In this document: one piece after another, positions 32,656 through 49,719 of the stretch
How the letters are laid out: each line of letters starts with the position of its first letter
Position numbering within the stretch: the first letter of the stretch is position 1
From: the human T2T-CHM13v2.0 reference genome, Homo sapiens
Assembly: GCF_009914755.1 (NCBI RefSeq)
Contig: NC_060932.1
Direction: 5' to 3' (one strand)
DNA: 64,000 nucleotides
The notes under the pieces: generated by a model
Database searches by the model: none
What the model saw: only the letters and a program-made list of their open reading frames with translations
What the model was told of the DNA's origin: nothing
Position numbers and translations under genes: made by a program

Positions 32656-33355
32656 TGGAAACAAGTATGTACCTTTGTTTACAAACCTTTGAAGGGCAGT
32701 GCTCTGTTCCTGCCTGTGCCTCCTGTGCCCATCAGCGTTTTGCATGCTGCCCCCATCTCCAAGCCTCTGGTGTGCTGGGGCCCTCAAGCTTGCTGACTCA
32801 TACAAGGAACACATGCAGGGCCGGTATCACCCCATAGTCCTGCCTTCCCTTCTCTCCCCTCCTTACAGTCCTCAAAGATGGGCACGGAGCAAAGGCAGTT
32901 TGCTGGGCACTTAACCAGGTGTAGCTCTGCTGGCAGCTATGTGCAATGGGGGATTTCAGGCCAGAGCACCCCTTGGCGTGGGGACAAGAAAGACAAATTC
33001 CTTTGATGTCCACACCCCAGGGTACCCGCACGAGGCAGGTTGATGATCAGAATTGCCTGTGGTCTAAACAGGGTAGGTGAAAGGCAGTGGGCGTGAGAGA
33101 AGCAGAACTGGGGGTGGGTTTGGCAATACCTAGCTTAACTTCCTGAAGCCCTGGGGTGACAGGCAGGCAGGCTGACTCGGTCCCTTTCATGACACACTCC
33201 CAGCCTCTTTGCTACCTGGGATCTGGGTACCTGTGAAGATTCTTACCTGTTCAGGACATTTCAGCTCCCAAAAAGAGCAGCAACAGAGAAAATTTTCATT
33301 AAGAAATGTTATAATATATACTATTCCTCTGGGATCCCAGGCCCCCATAAACATG

Positions 33356-33841
33356 CGTATCAGTTTCCTATTGCTGCCATAACAATTTACCATGAACTGA
33401 ATGGCTAAAATATGACAGATGTATTAGCTTATAGCTCTGGAGATCAGAGGTCTGAAATAGGTCTGCTGGGCTGCGTTCCTTCCGGAGGCTCAAGGAAGAA
33501 TCTGTTTCCTTGCCTTTTCTGGCTTCTAGTGGCCACCGACTTTTCTTGCCTTATGGCCCCTTTCTCAATCTCCAAAGTCAGCAGTGTACCATATTTTCTC
33601 CTCTCTGACCTCTGCTTCCGTCGTTGCATTTTCTCTGGGACTCTCCTCTTTCCTTATAAGGACCTTTGTGATTACACTGGGCACATGTGGATAATACAGA
33701 AAAATCTCCCAACCTCCAGAGCCTTAATTGAATCACACCTGCAAAATTTCCTAGGCAGTCTAAGATAACATATTCGCAGATTCTGAGCATTAAGATGTGG
33801 ACATCTTTTTTGGGGGACAATTTATTACTCAGCCTACTATA
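33356..33841 (-). mobile_element. MLT1 solo LTR (MLT1C-like)
   Basis: 'gtatcagtttcctattgctgccataacaatttacca...tcagcctactata'; 5-bp TSD acatg at 33351-33355 and 33842-33846. Confidence 0.85.
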
Positions 33842-33970
33842 ACATGTTCATCCGATTTTCCATTTTCACACATTTGATCTTCAAACACATTTATAGAAAT
33901 AGATGTATATAAAAGTAGAAGGCTATCTACAGTGAGGTGGAAAGACATTTCATCAGAAAATAAAACATGG

Positions 33971-34606
<636 letters not shown>

Positions 34607-34849
34607 ATATGACCTGCTTTCATCATAGAGAAGCTACTTGTGTATTTATTTTTATTTTTTGTTTTTAAACTGCCTTCTCTTTCTCCTCTTTCTAAATAGA
34701 ATGAGGAGTCAGGAAAACTAGAAGACCAGAGGTGACCCTGGGAAAGACAAAACTGCTCTCAGGTATTCTAAGAACAGAGAGCGCTTAACAAGCCTACTTC
34801 GTGTCTTTTGCTTAAGTGTGAACAGGTGGCTGTCTTAAAAGAATAGTAA

Positions 34850-35174
<325 letters not shown>

Positions 35175-35408
35175 CTATGTTGCCTCTGAAGTTTATGTAT
35201 TTTCTTGGAAGGCTTTTTATGTGTGAAATTGAAAAAGTTTGTACTCAGAGTACAACGTAAATCTTTGACCATAAAAAAATTATTATGTGACTATCAAACA
35301 TTTCCTTTTCCTCCTTTAAGGAAGCTGTTGTAGGACTATTTTCTCAGCTACTTAGTCGTACTGGCTATTTATCAGAATAAAATTGCTGACTTGTTAATAT
35401 TTAAAGGT

Positions 35409-35575
35409 AAAAATTAGCTGGTCATGGTGATGTGTGCCCCTAGTCCCAGCTACTTGGGAGGCTAAGGTGAGAGGATCTTTTGAGCCCAGGAGTTGAGGCT
35501 ACAGTGAGCTATGACCATACCACTACACTCCAGCCTGAGGGACAGAGCAAGACCTCATCTCTAAAAGAAAAAAAC
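35409..35575 (+). mobile_element. Alu right monomer (FRAM/AluJ)
   Basis: Right arm only. Confidence 0.82.
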
Positions 35576-35802
35576 CAACAACATAGTCCTGAACTAGCGA
35601 TTATACTTAAACAAAAAAAGCAAAAATTTATGGTGAGCAAAAAGAAGTGTTTGATTTAAGCCTGGAGAAGAAACCAAGTTTAAATTAATCTGAATTCTTA
35701 TTATATGAGAAATTGAGAATAGAGTTCTATATTTATTTAAACAACAGCTTTACTAATATTATTTAATAGTTATACCTGGTTGCTTTACTAGATAGTTACA
35801 CT

Positions 35803-36116
<314 letters not shown>

Positions 36117-36884
36117 TTACATCATTTATTGAAGGAAAAAAAGATAACTGAGTGAGGGAAAAAGACTAATTTCTCTGGCATAATCCTTGCTATGTAATTC
36201 TTTGTTCCAGCAGGCCACCCCAAGGCATTATCTGGGGACAGTGTGGCCTGCTTCTAGGTAAAATCCACAGATAAAAGTCCCTGCAAACTGAAATTAACAA
36301 AGTGGTAGTAAATGTCAGATTTCACCCTATAGGTAGAAATGCAAAGGAATTCTAAGTCCCCTTTTGGGTTAGGTTGAATTTACTGAATTCTCAAGATACT
36401 ATATTCACTTTAGGGAGAAATCTTCAAAGGGAAACGGGCATAATGCCTTTCTGCCTTCACTGGCTCTTCCCATACCCTGTGCTCTATTCATATAAATCAT
36501 AACAATATTTGTCATTTGTGCAGCATTTAGTCCATGTTAGACACTGCTCTCAGCATTTGGTATAAAATTATTTTCTTTATTTGGATTTCCTTATGGCTGG
36601 AGGCACATCCATGCTTTAGGTAGAAATTCCCAAGTAATTTCAGGAAATTCTCCTTTTCCTCCTTTTCATTTCTTAGCTCATTAAGAGCCCCACAACAGAA
36701 CAGGCCCATGTGTTAAGAAGCATCTATCCTTCCTTCCTGTGGGAGATAGCTTAAAAATAAATAAATAAAAGCAGCATCTACCGGTAGGGCTTGGACTCCA
36801 CATCACACTACTGTTAGTTTTCTTTCGGCAGTTGGAGATGGGACCTTCGTAGTGTCATGCTGGCCAATTTTGAACCATATTATG

Positions 36885-36921
36885 TTTTCTTTCTTTCCTT
36901 CCTTCTTTCTTTCCTTTCTTT

Positions 36922-36980
<59 letters not shown>

Positions 36981-37031
36981 GTCTCTCTCTCTCTCTTTCT
37001 TTCTCTCTCTCTCTCTTTCTTTTTTTTTTTT
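36885..37031. repeat. (TTTC)n/(TC)n polypyrimidine compound microsatellite (expanded Alu tail)
   Basis: Directly visible. Confidence 0.92.
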
Positions 37032-37490
<459 letters not shown>

Positions 37491-37509
37491 CCATATTATG
37501 TTTTCAGAC

Positions 37510-38020
37510 AGTACAACAAACAGTGGTGAAGAACACTGGGTTCAAAACTAGGTTTAAAATACTGACCTGCCACTCAGTAACTATGTGACAGGAGTAAGTT
37601 ACTTCTTACCTCTCGAAATCTTCTGTTACTTCCTTTGCAAAATGGGGTGGTAAGCGATCCTACTTCACAGGGCTCTTCTGAAGATTAAATGGCACAATGT
37701 AAAGTGTTGGACAGAGTAAGAACTCAAGAAATGTGACTTATTGTTCGTAGTTTTCCCTTCTTGTTTTATGTTATTTTTCTCCGTAAAGTTAATGAGGCCA
37801 GCAAGCTAGCAAACTTACAGAAAGATTGTGTGTATGGGCTGCAAGCAATATTTCATTTGATCCTCACAATAACCCTGCAAAATGGATACTATTGTTATCC
37901 TAACTTTATAGAGGAGGAAGCCACATCTAAGTAATTTTCCCGAGGTCACACAGCAAGCAAATGACAGAGTCGGCCAGGGTATGAATGTTTGACTCCAAAT
38001 TCCACATCACTGACCACTAC
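37510..38020. mobile_element. Two MIR SINEs in opposite orientation
   Basis: 'ctgccactcagtaactatgtgac...gaagattaaatg' and 'tcctcacaataaccctg...cccgaggtcacacagc'. Confidence 0.7.
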
Positions 38021-39099
38021 ACTCATATTTTGCATCTTTTGACGGGACACAATTTTTAAGTTCCAGATGGAAATTTGCTTCATAGGTATAAACAAGAAAT
38101 ATAAATGTCATAGAAGGACTGGTTAAGTCATCTTGGTTTCGCACTACCTAGTCGTGAGACAGAAGGCCACCCCTCCTGGGTCTGGAACAAGCACCCTCCT
38201 CTCTGTTATCTGTGAATAGAGCGTTCAGGGCAATAAATCACTCTGTGGTTTTCCTTTGCCCCATTGACCCACAGAGGCCCGTTTCACACTCAGTGAATTC
38301 AGTATATATCAGCCAGCTTGTAAGGAGTATAACTGTCACTAAAGGAACGAAGTAATTTTACACTCTCTTTCTAAAGTAAACAAACCTGGACAGCACCATG
38401 AGCTGCCACAGTGAGCCTGGGGGTGAAGGCAGGCCCCCTTGCTATGAAAGTGGACTTTGTGAAAAGGAAAGGCAGTATTTCTTTTGGAAGTGCACTGGGA
38501 CATTTTAAGCTCACTTTGATCCCTTTTTCTGGCACCCTGGTTCCTGAAACCACCGTCTGCTGCCCAATCAGATGAAGAAACTCTCCAGCGATTTGATATG
38601 CTTGATTCGAGGTGCCAGGGATGTCTGCATGGCATGCATGACCCAGGACAGCCACACGGGGTTGGGCAACGGGTAATTCACAAGAGAGATCTTCCCCAGT
38701 TTACCCCCTGAAGTTTTCGTGTAAATAAAATCAGGCTAAAATGGATCTGCAGAGCCTTGGGATGACAGCATGGGGAGAGAGGAGACCCACCATAGTTCCG
38801 TGTGGTAACAGTGAAAGATATTATAAGGCTGATTGCACTGATGGGGGCTTCATATCCTATTGGGCACTGGTTAAACCAGCTCTTCTCCCCATGCCTGCCT
38901 CCTTAAAACACTGCCCAGATCCCTGGTTTCAGAGTTTGAGGCCTAGGAAAATTTCCAGAATTCAGTACAGATGGCAAGATGCAGACCCAGCTCTCAAACC
39001 AGAAGAAAAGGAGAAAAACTCTTGGGTCCAAAGACTCTCTACTATCCCTAAGGATGATCAACTAATCTTTCTTCTTCTTCTTTTTTTTTTAAATCTCTG

Positions 39100-40050
39100 T
39101 TGAGGCGCAGAACAATGACTTAAGGGGTGACATAGAAAAAGAACAGCATTAGACACCAACAGTTCTTGGCGCTATGATTAGTAGTTGCTGCTGCTTGTCA
39201 TAATACATCAGAAAAGCAGCAACCCATCTGCTCCAAATTGATACAGTAAAGGCTCAGCAAGAAGTGTTTATCCAGATTGTGAGGGGGAGTGTCTGCATTT
39301 CACGGCACATTGACATGTGTGCCCGTGCAGCTCAAAGTTGTCAGATGCCAGCTTTCTACCTAGCTGTGTATCATGTAACATCTGTCACCACAATAGCTAA
39401 GAGTTTTGACAAGTGGGCTGTTTTAGCACGAAAATGTCCAAGTGAAAGGAAGGATATCCTCTGCTGAAAGTTAAATGCCACTTCAAATCTACAACGCCAC
39501 TTAGCCTAGTATATACTGAGGATATAATGGGACATGGAATCAAACCACCTCTCCAGCCCACAAAACAAATTGCTGTAACACTCTGTGTTGGCGTTTCCCA
39601 GGCACTTCTCACTAGTGGTAATTAGCAGCACATAAATGCTAATGACTAATTACCTTGGCCTGTGTAGACATACGGGAACCAAAGTAACTTATTATCCAAA
39701 AGCCTGACTTAACAGATATAGAGACAGTAAAACCCCAGGTTTTTTCTTTCAGTAATGCCTGGGTTTGCGGGGAGGAGGGGACTGGGGAGGTGGGGAGGTG
39801 GCAAGGAAGGTATGTCAATACATTAATGGTAATTAGATTTTAGGAGGTAGATCTGGGCAATTGTCAGCCTCTGTATGCTAATATCTCTGAAAATAAATTT
39901 AATTCAGGGAGGCATACAAAGTCTCTGTATACATTTACTTGAAGGTCTGTTTTTCCTCTAGACACTGTTGTCAGAAAGTGTGATACCTAAAATTTATGCA
40001 GGAACATCTGGTATCCTTAATAAAACATGTCAGATAAATGGGTGGCTTCT
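39100..40050. promoter_or_regulatory. Candidate developmental enhancer / conserved non-coding element
   Basis: Repeat-free; ten TGACA/TGTCA cores and several TAATTA/TAAT sites; function inferred only. Confidence 0.45.
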
Positions 40051-40799
40051 GGGCAGCATATGTGAATATAGGTGGAAATAAATATTTACTTTTCTCAAAA
40101 AAATATCAAGGTCAAAGAGATGATTCTTCATAACAAGGTGTTAATGAGGTGTTGCAAGAACAGGCCCTGCCTGTGAAACCCCCCTTACTGTGTCCTTGAG
40201 GAAGAAGCAGTGCAGACTCCTGAATTTCTATAAAGTTAGGGGTTAGGGACAGCAATGGAGTTAAATGGACTAGAGAGCTTGTCTTGTAGCTGCGTTGGCC
40301 AAGCAAGCACAGTTTTGACTTGCAGTTTTGTTTCATTTTGGTACATGGCTTTGGGAAGGGGCAACTATAGGGAACTAAAGTCCCTCCAAACAACCCCCTG
40401 GAGCTGCCATTGGTGGGAAGGAAACTGAATCTTTGAAAAATTTTACTCCTTGTTGATCTTCACCTACCTTGTATAATACATTTTTCTTAGAGAAATCAGA
40501 AGGAGAATTTGAATTTATACCAGTTAGCGTTACCTAAATGTAAACATCTGTATTTCAAACTGTTGATTTATGTTATATAACTGAAAAGCATTATCTTTTC
40601 TGTTGAATAATTAAAGCTTAGCTTTGTTTCTGTATTATTTTCAGTCTTTTAAAGGGGCTAAAATGGTCCCTTGGGATGTAATCTCATGTATATTATCTTT
40701 TGCAATCCCATTCAAGCACCAAAAAAACTGAACAGCATGCATTTTACTAATTCAATGTCTTCTCATTTTACTTATTTTTAATTTTTTTGTTAATTAATT

Positions 40800-41248
<449 letters not shown>

Positions 41249-41623
41249 TATTTAAATCTAAAATACTATGTTCTAATTTCAATGTCTCTACACCAAACTC
41301 ATAAAATATACACATTATAAAAAGCCCCACCAAAATTAGTGTAGATTTTGTTTTTTTGTTTGTTTTTTTGAGCTACTCTTTATATTTTCCATAAGTTGTT
41401 TTACTATACTATGTAAACACTAGAGTGATAAGAGATTCAGAACGATTTCTGGCAATTTGAAGTGCCAGAAATCTCTATTCTGGCCATGTCAACCAACTTG
41501 TCACTTCTGAGAACTTGGTTACAATAAAACTAAGGAGATAATATCCTTAGGCTCCTAAAAGTCAGAGATTACTTCAAAACCTCAGGATAGTGTAGAAAAA
41601 TGACCTTGGACATCACTGTAGAT

Positions 41624-41850
41624 CACACCTTGTCCAACCCACAGCCCATGGGCCGCATGTGGCCGAGGACAGCTTTGAATGCAGCCCAACACAAATTTGT
41701 AAACTTTCTTAAAACAGTAGGAGATTTTTTTTTTTTTGCATTTTTTAAGCTCATCAGCTATTGTTAGTGTTATTGTATTTTATGTGTGGCCCGAAACAAT
41801 TCTTCTTCTTCCAATGTGGCCCAGGAAAGCCAAAAGATGGGACACCCCTG
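41624..41850. mobile_element. MER30 hAT-Charlie MITE
   Basis: 'ctttgaatgcagcccaacacaaatttgtaaactttcttaaaac...ggacacccctg'; 8-bp TSD ctg(t/c)agat. Confidence 0.88.
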
Positions 41851-42320
41851 CTGCAGATTAATCTCGTTACACATACATCACAAACACCAAGACCAAGCTG
41901 AGATAGGATAACAGGTTAGAACCCTTTCAAAGGCATACTCTGCAAATATCTACTTACCATTTGCTTTGGGGAAATGTAGAGTAAGAAGATGGTAGAAAGG
42001 TGGACCACTGGAAGGTATACTGAGTCTCACCCTTACTGTTTTAGGTAGTCCGGCTATGGCCCCAAGCTTGCATTTCCATTAAAACATTAGCCTGGATTCA
42101 GTGACACCCATTTTCCTTAAAAGGCAGGGGGTCCCTACCTCAAGTTGCTCAGCAGAATAGTTCTCTAACCATATCTTCTATGAGGGAGAAGTCTGTGACC
42201 CGGACACAGTGGCTCGTGTCTGGTAAATACAATTTTCTCTCTTCACACTTCCAGTGATGTTTTAATGCTCAGTAACATTTTTGTTACACCTAAATAATTG
42301 CCAGCTGGTCCACCTTTTAA

Positions 42321-42620
42321 TTTTTTTTTTCTTTTTTTGAAACAGGGTCTGACTCTGTGGCCCAGGCTGGAGCACAGTGGCATGATCACAGCTCACTGCG
42401 ACCTCCACCTCCTGGGATCCTCCCACCTCAGCCTCCAGAATAGCTGAGACTACAGGCATGCACCACCATGTTTGGCTAATTTTTAGGTTTTCTTTTTTTT
42501 TTAAGAGACAAAGTCTTACTAAATTGCCTAGGCTTGTCTAGAACTCCCAGACTCAAGCAAGTCTCCTGCCTCAGTCTCCCAAAGTACTGAGATTACAGGT
42601 ATGAGCCACCACACTCGGCC
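42321..42620 (-). mobile_element. AluJ
   Basis: Dimer. Confidence 0.88.
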
Positions 42621-43030
42621 CCACCTCTTCATCTTATTCCTGTCCTTATACACCTCTCCCTAGTTCTTATGGCCTTGTTGAAATAAAGTAGTTTGCCTGC
42701 TGGGGAAGCACAGGTATTTTAAATGATTTTTTATTCCCATTCCTTTTCCAAATGTAAGGTATTTGAGAATCTCAAGAAACAACACCTGGCAAATAAGGCC
42801 ATCTTAACCCCATTTTTCTTCTGTCATTAAAGGCTTGATGAGATCCCTGCCTATCTTTAGTTGTCTCAAAGTGTTTCCAATTTTCTTCCCCCTTGTCCTA
42901 GGAACTACTTGTGAGAAGACTCTGATCAGGAAGGAACTTTATAAAAAATTATACAGCAAGTAGCAATATTACTAAGTTGCTACATAAAAGTGTCACTTGA
43001 TTTGTCTAGGCAACAGAGAAGTCTCTATCT

Positions 43031-43541
43031 TTATTCATTTCTTAGTGCTGCTGTAACAAATTACCACAAACTTAGTGGCTTAAAACAACATATATTTATT
43101 TTCTTACAGTTGTGGAGGTCAGAGCTCCAAAATGGGGCTCATTGAGCTAAGATAAGAATTTTGGCAGGGCTACATTCCATCTGGAGCGTCTAGGGGAGTA
43201 TCCATTTTATTTTCCAACCTGTAGAGACGGCCGGCATTGCTTGACTCACAGTCTCTTCCTCCATCTTGAAAGTCAGCAAGGAATGCTCTAGTCTTTCCCC
43301 CCATCACTCACTGATTCTTCTGTCTCCCTCTTCCATATTTAAGTACCTGTGTAATCACACTTGTGATTACATTGGGCCCACCTGGATAATCCAGGCTACT
43401 CTCTCCACCACAAGATCAGCTAATTAGCAACCTAAATTCCATCTGTTACCCTGATTCCCCTTTGCCATGTAATGTAACATATTCGCAGGTTCCAGGAATT
43501 AGAATGTGGACATTACTGTCAGCCTATTATTCTGCCCACCA
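43031..43541 (-). mobile_element. MLT1 solo LTR
   Basis: 'gctgctgtaacaaattaccacaaacttagtggcttaaaacaac...ttattctgcccaccac'. Confidence 0.85.
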
Positions 43542-43723
43542 CGCCATCTTACTCATCTAAATATTATAAAGTTTGGCATATTCTCTTTTTCAGTATTTAT
43601 CCTGATTGCCTACTCACTAGAGTTCTGGACCTGTTTTCCAAAGAATTCCACAGTGGGGGCCACCTTGTACTGGCAGTTGAAAAACAGGAAATAGACAGAG
43701 ATCATCCATTTCCCCTGAGTTCA

Positions 43724-43957
<234 letters not shown>

Positions 43958-43967
43958 CTATCAAAAT

Positions 43968-44192
43968 CAGTGTTTTACAACCTTGTTACATTTGACATTT
44001 TGGACCAATAATTGTTTGTTGAGGCTAACACTCAGGTGCATTGTCCAATGCTTAGCAGCATCTCACATCTCTATCACTAGGTACTAGTAGCACACTGTGT
44101 TCCAAACCCCCAGTTGTGACAACCCAAAGTTCTGGAAGTATTGCCAAATGCCCCTTAAAGGGCAAAATTGCCTGCCTCCACTGAAAACCATT
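43968..44192. mobile_element. MER20 hAT MITE
   Basis: 'ttgacattttggacc...ccagttgtgacaacc...attgccaaatgcccc...gggcaaaattgcc'. Confidence 0.8.
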
Positions 44193-44809
44193 GATCTAGA
44201 ATCAATTTTAATTTTTGTCTCAGATAATGAGTTGAAACCAACATGAAGCTAAAAGCTAAATCAGGCATAGCTGTGGATTGACAGAGCTATAAATCCTTGC
44301 TGAAGGAGTCTTGTTTCTTTATTGTCTACACCATCCAAGATTTAAGGGACAGAAGCTCTGAAGATATATAATTATTATCTGTGGTAACTCAGCCAGTCCA
44401 GAACACCCTTATTCTGGAGATATGGACATTATCTGTAAAATAAAAGGCATAAGGTTCTATACTCCACCCAAAGGCAGAGCTTTCCCAGCTGTCCTTCCCA
44501 AAGGCATGTCTGATGATCCTGTGTTGATAGCAGGACCTTCACACATATCTCTCCACACTTCGAGAGTTTTCACAGAATTTTTTTTTTTCTTTAAACTTAA
44601 ATGATAGTACACACTATGTCCAAAACAACCCAGGTTTAATCTTCTGGGAGAAACCTTTGGAATATTATCGAGTCTTTTACAATTATGTTTCTAAATCTTT
44701 AAAAGGTCAAACAGTTGAAAATGAAGCCTTTTAGAGTCTACTTGTGTGAGAAAGGAGAGTGGCCCAGAAAATTAATATTTGCTTCCAGCTGCATGTACAT
44801 GAAGAGCTA

Positions 44810-45160
<351 letters not shown>

Positions 45161-45371
45161 CTATACATTACATGTATCAAAACATCACTATGTACCTCAT
45201 AAATATGTATAATTATTGTCAATTTAAAAAATAAATAAAATTAGGAAAAATCAATAATAGTTGGTAAAAGAAAGAAGAAAAAAAGGAAGGAAAGAAAAGG
45301 GAAAATACGTAAAAAGTAAAATCAGCTTAAACTTCTGCTCAGTAGAAAGTAGTCATAAATGATCTTGGATC

Positions 45372-45948
45372 CTGTCAAATCCTTCCTCCCTCAGAATACC
45401 ACAAAAATGGCCTGTTGATAAAGCAGAATTTTATTTAAAACTATTCTAATGAAAGCAGAATGACTCTATTGCTTATTGCAGTGAAAGTGACCATTACCCT
45501 AACAGTGTCTTAATAGTGTCTGAGAGGGTAGAGGACAAAGGTAGCGTATTTATGACGTTTTGGGGGACTGGTTATGGGTGGGTTGTTCAATGTGGAGGTC
45601 TAATTGGGATTAGGCAAAAACTTATGATGTAATAGTTTAGGATTTTAAAAAATAGTTTAGGATTGGGGAACAAAGCAAGGAAGGAGCTTCAAAGTGAATC
45701 TTGAAGAGTAAATTGTCATTTATAAAATATCTATCTATTGCCCAAGAAGGGAATATTTACTGAGGGTTAGTTGAGTAGCCTGTAGTTTGGATAGAGTTTA
45801 GAGTTCTTATAACAATAAAGCTATCTGCCACATTTTCATGGGTAACTTTCTTGGAATAGCCAAATTATATTAATGTAGGCAGTTGAAGAGTGAAGCCATA
45901 TTAAGGTACACAGTCAATTGTGTGGATATAGATGGTTTTGAGTCTCAA
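45372..45948. mobile_element. Probable old LTR, family not identified
   Basis: ~580 bp bounded by TG...CA with LTR-like composition. Confidence 0.35.
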
Positions 45949-46151
45949 TCTGAAAATACCAAAATGTATAAGAATAAGATACTATGAGATCATCATCATC
46001 TCCCCACCCCAAACTCATTCTTTTTCTTATATTTTTCTGTCTCATTTAATATTTCCATCTACCCTGACACCCAGGCTAGAAACAAGAGTATCTTCCTTGA
46101 CTCACCACTAACATTTAATCAATAATCAATCCTGCCTCTTTAAGATGGTAG

Positions 46152-46466
<315 letters not shown>

Positions 46467-46906
46467 TAGATATTTCTTAAATCTTTTGCACTGTTCATTT
46501 CTACCACCTCTTTCCTAGTTCAGTTCATCATCCTACCTCACCTGGATACTCAATATCCTCCCAACCGGTTTTCCATCTCAATCCACGTAAGTGACATTTT
46601 TATATGTACTATTGTACTTGGAAATATTGGTGGTAGAAATAAACTTTTCTCAGTTTTAAAGGAATCTTTTTGTAAGCTATGGTTCTATTAAAGAAACATA
46701 AAAGAATCTTTGTTTTTCATGACCAGAGAATGTGTATTCTAGTTATCCTCACCTTTTTCATGATTACTACCTTGCCCTTTATTTCTCAGGTGAGCCCAAA
46801 TATAGGAACTCTGTCACTACTCACTCAGAAGGGAAATGGCAGTCAGAGAAAGGAAAAGATCTGGGGGTAGGGTAGGGGTTATAGCTACCTGTTGCACATA
46901 TTCCTT

Positions 46907-47258
<352 letters not shown>

Positions 47259-47282
47259 TAATTTAGTCTTCCCTGTGGATAC

Positions 47283-47738
47283 TGTTGGTACCTTGCCCAA
47301 ATTCTTTCCATCTCTGTCACCAGCTGTCTCTCTGTCCACCCCCAGCTCTTGCATCTTTGCTGGTACCTGTCACTGAAAGAGGATTGTCCTTTGCAATGGA
47401 ACTGCCTAGCCCCTCGGGACAAAAAGACCTGCCAAGAGTCAACTCCAGGATGGCCAGTTGGTGACAACTGACTGGTGTGCAGATACAAAAGCCCAGCTAC
47501 TTGACTTAGGTGGACAAACTTTGAGGTGTAATTTTCACTCCAGAGTTTCTCACAGGATCAGAATGAGTCTAGGAATTCTCTTGAAACTGCTCCCTTGCTT
47601 GGCTTCTTCCCTTTCCCCTTTCCCTAGTCTGTTTCTCCCACTTTCTTACTAGTTTCTTCTAGGATCATTTCCTTTAAAAATGACTTTGACTTAAATCCTT
47701 GGTGCAGGGTCTGCTTCTGAGAGGAGCTAACTTACACA
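47283..47738 (+). mobile_element. LTR16-family (ERVL) LTR
   Basis: 3' end 'aaatccttggtgcagggtctgcttctgagaggagctaacttacaca' resembles the LTR16 terminus. Confidence 0.6.
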
Positions 47739-48109
47739 TGCCCCTAAGGTTCCTTCACCAGAAATAAATCTAAAGATTTGACTCCCCTGCCAAAGCCCAT
47801 CACCTACTTGCTGCTTTCTTAAGGCATTTGAGGCTGCCCATCATTGGTGTTCACTGGTGGTGTCTATCTCTCCAGTCTCAAGGCTCACCAATCCCAGTTT
47901 CCCACTCTATGATGCAGTAACGTCAAACAGCTATGGTTCCCCATTCACCTCTTTGTCATCTGCTTGGTTTCTGGTGTTCCCATTATCTGCGAAATTTTTA
48001 GTAGCCCCTCAGCCTCCACAGCTTCCCCAGATGGGGCAAGGTTCCTCTTTTGTCCTCTTCTGATAACCTATCCACTCACTTCCATTGCGTTTACCACATT
48101 ACATTGCAA

Positions 48110-48451
<342 letters not shown>

Positions 48452-49407
48452 TTAAAAGCAAAGACCACATCTTCATCATTTTAAAGCTCTCACTAGCTAG
48501 CATAATGCCTAGCACATTCTGTTATCAAAGGTTTTTGAATGACTTCACATAACCATTTTTTTTCATGCAGAGTAACCAGAGATGTGAAGGTAATTATAGC
48601 AGTATGAAACTCAATTCTATCACTTGGAAACTAGAAACACATTCTTAAAATAATAAAAATGACAAAGACTTTCAAAATATTTATGTTCCTAGCAGTCAAG
48701 TCATAACTATAGTGATTAAACTGATAAGGCATAGGATTTGGGGCTTCATCCTGCAATATGAGTCCTTGGGCTTTTTTGCTCAAACATTTTTTTAGTCCAA
48801 CTCAGATGATCTAACTGGCTGGCAACCCTTTATGTAACCCTTGTTGTTTTTTTGGTGGCTTTGTTTACAATTTTTCTTAACTTTGCGGTTTTTGTGGACT
48901 CCACAGGACTGCTCCCTGACCCTCCTCCTGGATTAGGAGCACAGCTACTGGTTCCACAGCAGCTACTCACCACCATGCCTCATTCCTTAGCTGGGTTGGC
49001 TTGAGTGAAAATGCCACAGGAAAAACAAGAGAGGGAGCTAAAATAAGCTCACTTGGTTTCATCCTGCCAGAAACTATCTGGGAGAATAATTCGGCATCCA
49101 TCAAATGTGAAAATGTCAAAATTGGGAGAAAAAGAAATGTATTTGCTACTTGTAAGGAAAATTTACATCCCGTAAATTGGAGAAGAATGTTGGCAATAAG
49201 GTTTGTGGCATGAAGATCTGGGGTCGCAATGAGGTGAGAGGTCAGAGCAAACAGTCCTCACACATTCAGCTGTGCAAGGAAAGGTTTTTCTTTATCTACA
49301 AATGATTCACATATGGAAGATACTGAGTCAGATCTGCATTGGGAGCACTCAGAGAATCACAACATATGTGTCATTGGGAAGTTTGATTAAAGGTCCCTTC
49401 TCTCTTT

Positions 49408-49703
49408 GTTTTAGAGACAGGGTCTCACTTTGTTGCCCCAGGCAGGAGTGCAATGGTGCAATCACAGCTCACTGCAGCCTCAAACTCCTAGCTCAAGCAA
49501 TCCTCCCACCTCAGCCTCCTGACTAGCTGGGACTACAGGCATGTGCCACCATGCCTGGCTACTTTTAAAAAATACTTTTTGTAGAGACAGGATTTCACTT
49601 AGTCACCTGGTGGGCTTGTCTCGAACTCCTGGCCTCAAGTGATCCTCTTGCCTCAGCCTTCCAAAGTGTTGGGATTACAGGCGTGAGCCACCTTGCCCAG
49701 CCT
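49408..49703 (-). mobile_element. AluJ
   Basis: Dimer; TSD aaggtcc(c/t)tt. Confidence 0.88.
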
Positions 49704-49719
49704 GAAGGTCCTTTTCTGT

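Noticed and set aside
48840-49240. Possible cryptic exon (T-rich tract + ccacag, downstream gag|gtgaga)
   Set aside because: No recognisable coding frame or partner exons; such signals are common by chance.
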